From Octopus bimaculoides (taxonomy: Eukaryota), in assembly GCF_001194135.2 (NCBI RefSeq), contig NC_068991.1, forward strand, positions 60,966,022 to 61,030,021: a DNA stretch of 64,000 nucleotides, written 5' to 3'. Positions within the stretch are counted from its first letter, which is position 1. Each line of letters starts with the position of its first letter. Shown in pieces: positions 23,755 to 38,240 of this stretch. Both the position numbers and the translations under genes were made by a program. The notes below the pieces were generated by a model. The model was not told the DNA's origin, did not search any database, and saw nothing but the letters and a program-made list of their open reading frames with translations.

Positions 23755-24123
23755 TTACCTCTGCCTTAACGAAGGCAGAGGTATTGTTTTCAGTCGTGTT
23801 TGTTTGTTTGTCTATGGACAAGATATCTCAAGAACTGCTGGATGGATTTGGATGAAACTTTTAGAGATGTTTGGTCTCATGACTGGCATGAACTGATTAG
23901 ATCTTGGGATCGATCTGGGGTGAGACAAGGATTCTGGATTACTTTTCCTACCTTTTTTTTACTTAATTTTTGAGAACGGTTGGGTTTCACTTTTGGTATT
24001 CTCATTTGTGAGAGCAGTCAAGTTTATTTCTGATATATTCATTTTAAAAATCATCTCTGGCTAATTTTTGAGAAAACGTTGGTGTTGCCTTGGTGGAGGT
24101 TTGTGTTCTCTGGGTGCTCTTGT
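23755..24123 (+). mobile_element. Helentron-associated (HINE/DINE-1-like) non-autonomous element
   Basis: 5' ttacctctgcc..gaaggcagaggt hairpin, (gttt)n microsatellite, 3' ggtggaggt subterminal inverted repeat followed by short stem gttctctgggtgc, T-rich flanks. Confidence 0.55.
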
Positions 24124-24713
24124 TTACCCTTATGTTTGGAAATACAGAGAGACACAGCTCTGCTAGGCTGACTTGCTCTAGATCAGTTGATTCCTAACTT
24201 CCCAAACACCAAAGACCACTTTTAAGTTCAAAGAATATTCCATGTTGACCATACATCTATTCCACAAATTTCAAATTCAGCTCACAGACCTCCTTCTCCA
24301 GTACTTTGTGAAGTCCCAGGGGTCTATTGACCATCACTAACCCCTTCCCTCCTCCAAATTGTAAACAATTGCTCTAGATAGCTTACATGATGCTGAAGCC
24401 ATCCATAGTGATCTTACAGACCAGTGAGTACTGCAAGTCAACACACACACATATAATATAATATTTATCGGTACTATACATTAACTGTATAACCAATTTT
24501 AAATTTAGATTTGTTGGTAAGATAGACAAAAAAAAAAACAAAAATAAAAAAAAGATCAATAAAATTATACAAAAAAAAAGAAAGAGGAAGAGAGAACGAC
24601 GTAAGTTAAGATAAAATGTTTTACTTGCATGAGTTATTAAGCTTACATTGATTGATTATTTTTTATTGACTGAGTATAAATTCTATCTTAAAAGCTGACT
24701 ATTCCACCCCACA

Positions 24714-26125
<1,412 letters not shown>

Positions 26126-26190
26126 TTGAATGTATTATATAACTATTCTGTACATATAATAACAACCAACAATCCAACAACTCAACATAC

Positions 26191-26272
26191 CTCAATCATC
26201 AGCTGCCCCACAGATTTCACTATGGTTTCGACACCTGGGCAGTACCATTCAAATCTAGTGGTGTCAGCAGCA
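26191..26272 (-). CDS. Candidate internal coding exon of an unidentified gene (xAADTTRFEWYCPGVETIVKSVGQLMIE)
   Basis: ttatttttag acceptor and gag|gtatgt donor, 82 nt, only one open frame, non-repetitive; no homology recognised. Confidence 0.25.
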
Positions 26273-26729
26273 CTAAAAATAAGTGTTTTTTGGGAACAAA
26301 CATACCTTAGATATCACCACATTCATCCAATCATAAGTCTACGAAGGATTAAACACTAACATTATTAATTAAACTACAACAAGGAAACCACATTTACCCT
26401 ATGTACAAAAACAGCATCGGTAAATAAATTCTATAAGTAAACCTATAACTACCTCCTAAATTATCTAACTAAATAGCAACCAAGCTCTTGAAGTCCATAC
26501 AGAAAATGTTCCCTCCAGTCTTCCATAGTTATTAATATAAAAGTGAAAGCTTTTATATTCTAGTCTTTCGAAAACAAAACAAACTCGATTGAACTTAACT
26601 AATAGCACAACTAATTCTAAGTGAATTACACTATTTCATAACCCAAAAGTTAATAATTGAAACACTCCATACGTGTTAAATATTCGTTATCCTTACATGC
26701 TTTGATGTTAAACATACAGCAGTAATTAT

Positions 26730-26788
26730 ATATATACATGCATACACACACACACATATACATATATACATTACATACATATATACAT

Positions 26789-26819
<31 letters not shown>

Positions 26820-26962
26820 CATACATACACACATATATACACACACACATATATATACATATACATACATATATATATACATACATACACACATATATAC
26901 ACACACACATATATATACATATACATACATATATATATACATATACATACATATATATATAT

Positions 26963-27020
<58 letters not shown>
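26730..27020. repeat. Compound CA/TA microsatellite with a 60-bp higher-order duplication
   Basis: 26821-26880 and 26881-26940 are identical. Confidence 0.9.
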
Positions 27021-27022
<2 letters not shown>

Positions 27023-27084
27023 TCCCCCTCTCACTCTCTGGGAGAGAGGCACAAGCACATACACAAACATATACACACACGGCA

Positions 27085-27210
27085 GTAACTTCCGCCTACC
27101 AAATTCAATCACAAAGCTTCGGTCGGCGTGGGGCTATAACAGAAGACACTTGCCCAGGGTGCCACACGGTGGGACTGAACCCGAAACCATGTAGCTGGGA
27201 AGCAAGCTTC
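27085..27210 (-). mobile_element. SINE family A, 5' half
   Basis: cttccgcctaccaaattcaatcacaaagc...gggactgaacccgaaaccatg. Confidence 0.8.
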
Positions 27211-28311
27211 GAGTGAGAGGGGGAAAAAACTACCTCACTTGGCAACAGGTGGGGGTTGGCAGCAGGAAGGGCATCCGGCTGTAGAAATTTGCCACATGAA
27301 TAGTGCTGCGCATACGTATATACACATATATATACATATACATATATATATATATATACACATATATACATATATATATAAATATACATATATATACACA
27401 CACACACACACACATATGAGGAGAGAAAGAGAGAGACATCATACATGCATGCATTTCTTCATTAGGTCCATAGTAATGATGGTAGATTTTATTTTCTTGA
27501 GAAATAATAGCAAAGTTCCCTGAAGCTATTTATATGATCGAGAGACAAGGGAGACGAATAGAGAGACAGAGGCTGAGAAAGAAGGAAAAGAAAAGAACAA
27601 CAGAGAGAAAGAAAAAAATTGAAATTTTATACGCTTAGTTTTATTTAGCTTGCTTTACACACACACACACATAAACACAAGTACAATACCTGTAAAATCA
27701 TGACATTTGATGCTATGAACAGGTAGGAACAGTTTCATTTTCTCTCCCCACCCCCACCCCATCCACAAACTCCTGAATCTGAGATGGATCATATTTCAGC
27801 AGCTTCTTGTTACTTTTATTATATGTACATGAAGCAAATACAAATTTATGAAATAATAATAATAATAACAATAAAATACACACACACCCCATTCAGTACA
27901 TATATATAGAGAGAGACATTTTATTTGTAGAAGGCTAATCTTTCTAATGGTACATTCAAATGTGTTTTATGAGTTGATAATTTAAATATCGGTATTTATT
28001 CAATTATTAATACTATATAGAAACATAGTTACTGGTCTTATCTAAAGCTTTTATCTTGATTGCTTTATCAATATCTTCCTTTCACAAATAGCTCTCTTTC
28101 ACTGTTTTGTCACTTGCTCCCTCAACCACAAATCGCTACCCAAAATAGTGTCTGTGCTCATACAGAAATAGCCCTTGCAATAAATAATGTTAACCCCATA
28201 AACAATAGCCCACACCACACTCCATCTGAATGTCTCTGCATAAACAAGAGCCCAGAAACAGCACAGCAACTGTTCTGCACCATTCTCTACTTTATATGAT
28301 GTTCCTGCAGA

Positions 28312-28465
28312 CATGGCTTTGTGGTAAGAAGTTTGCTTCTCAGTCACATGGTTCTGGATTTAGTCCCACTGTGTGGCACACAAGGCAAATTTCTTCTACT
28401 ATAACCTCAGGCTGACTAAATCCTTGTGAATGGATTTGGAAGACAGAAACCAAAAGAAGCCTTGT
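28312..28465 (+). mobile_element. SINE family A, 5' half
   Basis: atggctttgtggtaagaag...gaatggatttggaagacagaaac. Confidence 0.75.
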
Positions 28466-28564
28466 ACAGATAAGAAGGTAATATTTTGAATGCAGTATAG
28501 CTGTGAAAACAGCAGAAAGATTGAGTATTATTACCCTTACAAGATGAACAAAAAGCTGTCAACA

Positions 28565-28634
28565 GACAGCCACAGGACTTGAACCTGCACCACTCAGATA
28601 CCGGTTGAGTACTTCACCATTAAGCTACACTGCC
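28565..28634 (-). tRNA. tRNA-like sequence or pseudogene (GGT at the anticodon position)
   Basis: GGCAGTG TA GCTT AATGGTG AAGT A CTCAA CCGGTAT CTGAG TGGT GCAGG TTCAAGT CCTGT GGCTGTC folds as an imperfect cloverleaf; TTTTT about 10 nt downstream. Confidence 0.45.
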
Positions 28635-29078
28635 CACTGACAACAATTTCTGTGAAGTTTAAGTGCTAAATACATAGCTTTTTGGAATGCAACAACAACA
28701 TATGTGAACAAACTTTTGTGTATACATACATATATGTTGTTAAAAAAATTTCTGGATCCAAGAAAATCAAGGTATTTTAACAACAAAGGCCCTGAGGTAG
28801 AGTCAAGGATAGGTATACCTGTGCACTAACAGTGTGTATGGACACTCACGTACTTATTAAAGCAAATACAGACTTGTCCTTGTTACACATACATTCACAA
28901 GTATTGACCAAACACACAACATATATGTAAAGTCACACAGGAGTATACTCTGGCATGCGGCCCTTGGTCCACTGTAAGTTCAAGATCCAGCGCATGGAAG
29001 GTTCTGAATATGGTGAAGTATAGATATAACATAGATGGACCGAGGTTCACTACAGCTGTTTCAGGTGTGTTTTTTATT

Positions 29079-29460
29079 CTTTTCTACTCTAGGCACAACG
29101 ACCTGTGGGAAAGGGCCAACCAGGGGCCCATACATGTTCAGATGATTAGACGAAAGAAATGGAGATGGATTGGACACACACTGTGGAAAGAACCCTCAAA
29201 TGTGACATGACAAGCACTTGACTGGAACCTGTAGGTGAAAAGGAAGTGAGGACGCCCGAAGCAGACATGGAAGCGGAGCATTTTGGACGAACTCAGGACC
29301 ACCGGCCTGACATTGGGAAGCAGCCAAGAAACACGCCAATGACTGCAAAAAGTGGCAAATAACTGTTGGGGCCCTATGCTCCACAAGAGGCAAAAAGGAT
29401 TAAGAGAGACTCTTAAATTTTTGGGGATTAGATCGATCCCAGTATGCAACTGGTACTTAA
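29079..29460 (-). mobile_element. 5'-truncated family C SINE with 13-bp TSD, itself interrupted by an RTE fragment
   Basis: tgtgttttttatt at 29066-29078 and 29461-29473. Confidence 0.75.
29098..29405 (+). pseudogene. RTE-clade LINE ORF2 C-terminal fragment
   Basis: DLWERANQGPIH..RRKKWRWIGHTL..QALDWN...GRPKQTWKRS and ALCSTRGKKD*, with stops and frameshifts. Confidence 0.85.
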
Positions 29461-29669
29461 TGTGTTTTTTATTGATAGACAAAACAATTACATAATGTAA
29501 AAAAAACATTTTCTTCACGTGAATAAAAAGAAAAATCTAACATTTAGGGTTTTTCCCACAAACATTATATAATGCATATTGATTCTCTCATCTTGGTGCT
29601 GGTTGAGAGAGTAAATGTGTGTATGTGCGTGCTTCTCTATGTATGTGTGTGTATATGTATGTACGTGTG

Positions 29670-29890
29670 TGTGTGTGTGTTTGTTTGACTCCCAACACTG
29701 CATGACAGCCACTGTTTGCATGTTTACGTAACTAGTAACTTAGCAGTCCAGTAAAAGAGACAGATAGAAGAAGAACCAGGCCTTAAAAAAAAAAAAAATA
29801 CTAAGTACTAGGGAACGATTCATTTGGGTAAAGTTCTTCAAGGTGGTGCCCCAGCATGGTCACTGTCTAATGAATGAAACAAGTAAAAGT
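29670..29890 (+). mobile_element. SINE family A, 3' half
   Basis: gtaacttagcagtccag...gtgccccagcatgg..gaatgaaacaagtaaaag. Confidence 0.75.
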
Positions 29891-29947
29891 ACAAAACCAA
29901 ACAAAATAAAAAAAAATAATAAATGGGGTACATGGTGCCAAGTGGGC

Positions 29948-30460
29948 TTTAAACTTTTGATACTAACCTGCTTTCGACTCTATGATACAAAGTTCATTAT
30001 AAAGTGATCTAAATTAAAATCTTCCATTGAAATCTCATGTTAATTTATGTTCCAAACTCCAGCTTAATAATGAAAACGTTACGTTTTCTAATTTCTTTAT
30101 TATTTTCAAAATTAATTGAAACAAAGGCAGAGTATTTTAACAGAAATGAAGTAACAAAAGGGTTAAAGAGATCTAAGTCAAAGCTTTCCATGAAAATTTC
30201 CTGTTAATTTAAGTTCCAAACACCAGATTAATAACGACAAAGTTATTTTGCTAAATTCTTCATTATTTCCAGAATTAATTGAAACAAAAGCAGAGGATTT
30301 CAACAGAAATAGGGTAACAAAAAAAAAAAAAGAAAAAAAAAGTGATCTAAATTAAAACCTTTCATCAAAATCTCATGCTAATTTACGTTCCAAACACTGG
30401 CTTAGTAATGACAAAAGCATTTTACTAATTTCTTCATTATTTTCAAAATTAATTAGAATA
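29948..30460. mobile_element. TTAA-flanked piggyBac-type MITE plus two tandem partial copies
   Basis: First unit ends gtaacaaaagggttaa; aaagtgatctaaattaaaa...caaaattaattgaaacaaa-like block recurs three times; related sequence at 13740-13860 and 14090-14190. Confidence 0.55.
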
Positions 30461-30624
30461 AGGGCAGATACTGTATGAATGTTCAGCTGGCTGAATGACC
30501 TGCACAAATGATTTATTTATAGTGATCGAATGTTCATACTGCACATTAGCTCACTTTCTCCATCAAATCAACATTGTCTGAACAGGTGCATGGTGTACCA
30601 CATGTCAGGTGTTGAAGTGATCAC

Positions 30625-30860
30625 ATCATCATCATCATCATCGTTTAACGTCCGCTTTCCATGCTAGCATGGGTTGGACAATTTGACTGAGGACTGGTGA
30701 AACCGGATGGCAACACCAGCCTCCAATCTGATTTGGTAGAGTTTCTACAGCTGGATGCCCTTCTTAATGCCAACCACTCAGAGAGTGTAGTGGGTGCTTT
30801 TATGTGTCACCCGCACGAAGGCCAGTCAGGCGGTACTGGCAACGGCCACAAGCAACATAT
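30625..30860 (-). mobile_element. RTE LINE 3' UTR tail
   Basis: catcatcgtttaacgtccgctttccatgctagcatgggttgg... Confidence 0.85.
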
Positions 30861-30864
30861 ATCA

Positions 30865-30958
30865 TAATGACAACGACAATGATGATGACGCTGATGATGA
30901 TGATGATGATGACGCTGATGATGATGATGATGACACTGATGATGATGATGATGATGAC
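30865..30958. repeat. (GAT)n microsatellite
   Basis: Direct reading. Confidence 0.95.
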
Positions 30959-33387
30959 AGTTTCTATTGTATAAAAGAAGAAATTTTGTTTTGGTGATGG
31001 AGCTAGTGGATACTATCTAATTGACTGCTTGACCATTGCATTATTTTGTTGTCTCCAAAAGAATGGAAGGAGAAGTTGACCTTGTCTAAAGTTCACATCT
31101 TGCTGCAGTCAAATTGGAATTCCATCCATATGACATTGAGAAAATAAAGTGTTATTCAGGTACTAGAGCTGATTTAAGCACTCCACCCGTCTTCTCAAAT
31201 TCCTGATCCCCGGTACCTGTGTTACAAACATTGTTTATCATGTTTGTTCTCTCTCAACTTCATAAAATAAACTCCCAGAAGTAAAGAGAATTTGAATCTG
31301 TTGACTTCATATTAGTCTCTTCCTTCAGAATTGACAGTCTGCCAAGATACAAGACATTATGACTTTAGGTGAAACACTAAACATTTCTTGACAAAAGTTT
31401 CATAGATATTTAAATAAAAAAAAAACATAAAAATAGAATATCATTCTGATCATCGTCATCAGCAGCATCATAAGCAAAAATGGACAGCAAAGTGGAAACA
31501 TCCCAAAAATATGTGCCATGTTCCTACAAATTTTACAGTTGAACAACATGGTTCAATGATTATTGAATGAGAGATTGAGAAACAGTCAAGGAATTCTCAC
31601 CAATTTCCAATCGATATACGGCGTAGTAATGTTGCACCGAAGTCAGGAAGATAAAGAAAAAAGATTTATTGTAGAACCTTAACTGCAAAACACTTTCATT
31701 TTTATATATTTATTTCAGTTCATCTTGTTTTATTTCTGCTGGAAAGTTTTTCGCTTGAACATCAGATAATCAAGTTTGTTTTCAACAAATTCTATTTGTC
31801 TTTTCATTGTTTTATATTCTCCTTCAAATTGTTCTTTCTCTAATGCTTTAAACAAATAAATATGCAATTCTTCATGTGAACAAGATCAACATCTAAAACA
31901 GTCTATTCCTTTAATGTCCATTAGCCCAACAGTTTGCATTGTGTGCAAATATGTTGGAGTTTTAGCGTAAATAATCTAATTTTTTCATTTATTTTCGTTG
32001 GCTTGTCTAGGGAGAGAAACGAATCAGAGAAACTAATGAAATTTCTGATGTCATTAGTCTGTTAAGCCAGATGGCTAATCAACTAATAGTTTTAATAATT
32101 ACCACATCACACTAATTTCTGCTTATTTATATTTTATCTATCTCTGCTTAGATTTTCATTACATACAAACACACACAATCATCCATATGAAGACATGCAC
32201 AGACAGACACACACTGCCTGTGCAAATGATAGTGGAGTTGCTACAACAATGAAAGTCTTAACTACATATTCCTAATAAGTTCAATTTGGTGTTTCAAAGC
32301 TAGAGAGTTCAAATCCAAGTAAGGATGACTTCACTTTCCATTTCAACAATAGAATAAGTACCATTAATAAATTTCTGTCTTTACAAGAGAAAAAAAAACC
32401 AAAAAAACAGAAACTATTTTGTGCTGGAAAGAATTCCGTAGTATCCATAGAGTTTATATAAGTAGATAAATGATAGAAAATGGAATGAATGACATTATTT
32501 AAAATCACTACAATTGTTTTGACACATTTTTAAACTTGTAGTACAATGGTGATATGTTGGGCAATCATTATCAAACATCCTAAGTGTAAAATGCACCTCC
32601 TCAGGTGATTGTTTAAATAAGTCCATAGTTAGATCTTACTGGCATTTTATTCGGTGTGAGAATGTATACCCAAAGTAATTTGTCATTTTCAGCAGCTTAC
32701 AGACAAAACTAAAATTGAAATACACAGAATACAGAAATAAAGAAATAGGTCAAAAAAGGGGTCAGGTTGACTATAAATTACAATTTTATCTTCTTGGCCA
32801 GATTATAAGAAAGTGCAAAATGGAACAAAGAGTAAACTGAAGAATAAAATTAAGCATTTATAGATAATAAACCGATAAAGTGATGAAGTCTGGCCATTTC
32901 AGTACTTATCAACAATTTCTTTGTTTCTGGGAAGGCGCTAAATTACCCTCTCTCTGTCTTTTGCCATGAAACAACTGGCTCCATTCTATTCTCAAATCAG
33001 CCTCTATTTAAAGCTAATTTATTACCGTCTAGTTTTTATATGCTTTTTGAAACAATTAGAACAAAATAAGTTAGTAGGTATCATAATCCACCCACCTCAT
33101 ATATACATATTCTTCTATATACCTTGCCTACAAACTAGTGTATATATATATACAGCCTTTATATATTTATATTTATATATTTGATCCTTTATATTGAACA
33201 CTCAATATTTCATCTACATTCAATACTTTATTTCATGGTGCCATCCATTTTTATTTTATTTTATTTTATATTATATATTGCATATTATATTATATATTGT
33301 ATATTCCATATTCTATACCCCACATTGGTTCTGCAGGAATATAAATAAAACATAAAAAACAGACAGTGTTGGAACTCTTTTAAACAA

Positions 33388-33435
<48 letters not shown>

Positions 33436-33829
33436 GCATCTATTAATATATACATATATGTACTTCTCACATATACCTATTTATATTTGCACATATATAT
33501 ATACTTCTTATATACATTCTTACAAATGAAGAGCCACAAAAGAGATAGTATAATAAAGTAAAATGAAATATATATATATATATATATATACATATATCTA
33601 TTCATATATGCACACATACACACTTCTTATATACATACTATTTCTAAGGATTGAAATAAAAAAAGTAAAATGAAAAATATATGCATATATTTATTTATGT
33701 ATGCACATATATATACTTCTTACATACATTCTTACTGTTTATAAAAAAAAATAACAGAAATAAATAATGCAATACGATAAAGTTAAATGAAATGTAATAT
33801 AGTATACAGACACATGAGTAAAATAGGAT

Positions 33830-34490
33830 AAATGTATGTTTATTTACATATACATACATATATATACATACATAATATATATATGTATTATATATATATA
33901 TTTCCATAAATGTACATATATTTACATATGCCTACATATATGTATATGTATATATTTACATATACACACATATATACATAGATATATTTACATATACACA
34001 CATACATACACATATATATTTACATATACATACACACACATATATATATATTTACATATACACACACACATATATATATTTACATACACACACACATATA
34101 TTTTCATTCATACACACATACATTTACATAGACATACATGCATATACATACATGTGTGTGTTTACATACTCATACACACAGACATATATATATACACACA
34201 TACATGAATACACATATTTACACATACATACACACACATTTTATATTCATATATATACATGAGTGTTTATATATACATACACATAGAAGTATACACATAC
34301 ACACATACATGAATATACATATTTACATATACACACACACACACACATATTTACATATACATACAGGCATATATATAGCCACATATACATATATATATAA
34401 ATACACATGCACACACATCTGCATACTTACACACGTAAATACATACACACACACATACATACAAACATGAAAGTACATGTACACACAACA
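33830..34490. repeat. Compound TA/CA microsatellite
   Basis: Direct reading. Confidence 0.95.
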
Positions 34491-34819
34491 CGCATAGAGT
34501 ACATATCCAGAAGTGTGGCACAGTGACAATCTTGATGAATTGTTATGAGATGTCATTTTTGACATGAACAAACTGTTCTGACCTTACAAGAGAAAGAACA
34601 AGAAATCTAAATCATGTTATAAGAAAGTCAAAAGATGGAAGAATTATATTTATAGAACTCTTTCAGATTGCTCATAATATTGAGTGAACTGGTGCAGCGT
34701 TGTCATTTTGCGCCATGACAGTTTATCATCATAGAAGTAGTTGTCTTCTTTTGATATGAAACATCTTTTGAAATTCTTCAAAGTTCTCAACAGATCTATT
34801 TCAGGGAAGATGAACAGCA

Positions 34820-34971
34820 ACATCATCATCATCATTGTCAAAATCATCACCATCATCATCATCATTATAGTCATCATCATCATCATCATCATCATCACCA
34901 TTGTCATCATCATCATAGTCATCATCACCATTGTCATCATCATTATCACAATCGTCATCATCATCATCATT

Positions 34972-35003
<32 letters not shown>

Positions 35004-35005
35004 TG
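34820..35005. repeat. (ATC)n array
   Basis: Direct reading; explains the poly-Met and poly-Ile ORFs. Confidence 0.95.
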
Positions 35006-36155
35006 TCAGCTTAATATCTGACTTCCCATGCTGTCATTGTTTCATGATTCTGTAACATCTCATCTGAGACTGAGCATTCAACACGACCACTATTTCTACA
35101 TTCATCGTATATACATGCATATATGCACGTGCACACACACATACACACACACACACACATACCCACCCTTAACTGCTGACTATTATACAACAAAATAAAT
35201 AATCCATTGATATTATATATTTCACTCCAGCTTAATTATTATATCAAGATACTTCATCTGATAACCAAGTTTTTAAAAAAAATATTTGCCACAACTTGTC
35301 AACAGACAAGGAGATATAAATATATGCCTTATTTGGCATTGAGGGATTTTGGCTGTACATTGTATATATTTAGGTGTGTGTGTGTGCGTGCATGTGTGAG
35401 AAATTGGGAAAAGTGCTTGATGCATTTTATTAGTTTAGTTGGTGTATGTATTGCAAATGATGTGTATGATTGGCGAAATCTTCCCAGCATTTTCAGCTTC
35501 TTTGCAGCAATTTTTCATCCATTGGAAAGTGTTGGTTGTAAGAAAGTAGTTATAAAGTTCTTCACAGCCTGTGGGAAGAGCGCTGACATCTTTTGCTACT
35601 GATTGATGACGACATTTTGGCCAAAAATGAATATTTGTCTTCAAGTGAGTGGCAGTACACGTCAACAGAAAATATTAACAACTCAATTTCTATTCTCAAG
35701 AATAAGACTGTTAATTCTTCAGTTCATTCTAATAGTTTATTTTTATTTATTTATTCGTTTTTTTTTTTTATATACAAGTCAAGTTTAATAGCCATAAAAT
35801 ACTCCATGTCTCAAAGGGATTTTCTCTGGCACACACATCGTATATAATTTAATCCTTGCAAAAATCTAAATGCCCCAGGTACCAATAGGAAAAAAAAAAA
35901 AATATGACTTTCCTGTTAGAAATATATCACTAGACATTCATACTTCTTCTAACAAAGAAAAATGAGAATGACAACTTCAATCAATAGATAAATAGAGAAT
36001 TTTCAACATAGAGGAAATTTACTGGAAAATATTTAAAATAAATAAATAAATAAATAAATAAAAGAAAAAGAACAACAAATTCATTATTGCCATCTTCAAT
36101 GGTATATGGAAAATTCCTTGATTTTATATTTAGAAATTCCCAAAATGGGGGAAAA

Positions 36156-36198
<43 letters not shown>

Positions 36199-36776
36199 AT
36201 AATAATAAAAAATAAATAAAAGACACCCTACAAATTATTAAATACATTTCCATGTTAATCCAACAATATTTCATTAAATGACTTTCATTTAGCGCTTCTT
36301 GCCATTTGCTGTAATTCTTGCTAGTCATGAAAGTATCGGCTCTCTATCTCCAGTAGTTTCTGCTGCCTCATAAAATAGCTATAACACAGCTTCTTTCCCA
36401 GCCCTTCAGATTTATTGCCAAGCCGCCACCAATAATACACTGCTGATTGATTTTCTTGCCAATTCCCTCGCAGCGTACAATGCTAACAACCCGTCTGCAC
36501 ACCCACATCCATATTTTATTGTGCACTCGTATCATACTGTCCTTTTTACATCTTTTATATGACAAGCCAGTCCACTTTTATTCTATGTCAACTGGCTTCA
36601 TTTAGACTTAAAGAGAGAATAGTATCTATCCATATTAATATCGTGCATACATGCATTCATATACATACACACATATATATACATACAGACACACACATAC
36701 ATATATATAGACACACAAACATATACACATACATATATATACACACATATATACACACACACATATATATATATAC

Positions 36777-36825
<49 letters not shown>

Positions 36826-38014
36826 NNNNNNNNNNNNNNNNNNNNNNNNNNNNNNNNNNNNNNNNNNNNNNNNNNNNNNNNNNNNNNNNNNNNNNNNNNN
36901 NNNNNNNNNNNNNNNNNNNNNNNNNNNAGCCATTTGTGAATTTCCAACTTTGAATATCTAATGTTAAATGATGTTTTGTTATATTTTTAACCCCATCCTA
37001 GACGTGTTTTTATTTTTAGTTTTGAAAACACCTTTAGATATTAAATAATTATATTTCATACACAGAGTAACAAAGAATAGCTCTAAAAAGTCTCTCTCTC
37101 CCTCACTCTCTCCATTCTGAGACAGGATGAGGAGGTAGGATGCCTTTGCAGATGGTGTGGACATGTTATAATAGAGAACAGGGTGTTGGGTGGATGTTCA
37201 ATAGTAGCCAGGGACAAAAAAAAAAAAAGAAAAAAAGACAGACCAAGGAAAAATTGAAATGAAATAGTTCAGAGTGACCCAAGTAAGTTGAGACAGAGTG
37301 AGGTTACAACTGCAGCCAAAACAGCTGGAAGAGAGCATTCAACCTATATAACATCATAGAAAATTGACATAAAACATCAATGGTGGAAATGAACTCAGGT
37401 GGAAAGATTGATTGAACAAATTCTAAAGGATTTGTAGCCAGCTGAAATGTGATATTTTTAAAACTAGTGAAATCTACTCAGTATTGTGCTGGAATAAAAT
37501 GAAAGAGCAAACAAAAGAAAATATTAAAATATGTAAATAAAGAACGGAACATTTTCAAATAAATGTCCCCGAAATGGCATTAAAAATGCGATAACGGATG
37601 ACTGTAAATGAAATTAATTAAACATTAATTAATGCATTAGGATTTCCAACTAAAATATCTCCCCTCCTTCTCTCTCACTTCAGAGAAAATTGTCTGATAC
37701 ATTTTAGCTGTTTGTAAATAGTTACATAAAGTTTTCATCATTTTAAATTAAAATATAACAGAAACAAAAAAAAAAAGCTTCCATTTTTTTTTCTCCTCTC
37801 TTCAAGAAAAGAGCAGAGTATTTCTAAATCAATATCACAAACTGTGTAAAGAACAAACCTGAAAAAACAAAGTTAATTTTTCAACAGTAATTAATGTTTA
37901 GCAGCTTAAACCATCTTTGAAGAAGAATATGTAGCAGTTATTATTTCAGAGATAAGGACTTCTTGCATCAACACAGTATACAGTAAATAAATCATGAGGG
38001 CACATGGCTTAGTG

Positions 38015-38240
38015 GTTATGGTACTTGGCTCACAATTGTGAGGCTGTGAGTTGGCTCTCTGGTGGAGTGTTGTGTCCTTGAGCAAGACACTTTATTTTAT
38101 GTTGCTTCAGTTCACTCAGTTGGCAAAAATGAGTTGTAGCTGTAAGTGAAAGGGCCAGCCTTGTCAGATTCTGTGTCATGTTGAATCTTTCTAAGAACTA
38201 TGTTAAGGGTATGAGTGTTTGTGGAGTGCTCAACGAAGTG
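38015..38240 (+). mobile_element. SINE family B'
   Basis: gagggcacatggcttagtggtt...gtccttgagcaagacac...aagggccagccttgtc. Confidence 0.8.

Noticed and set aside
26191-26272. Similarity of TTRFEWY to AP-3 delta adaptin (ITNFEWY)
   Set aside because: Only a few residues match and the downstream sequence does not, so no gene symbol was assigned
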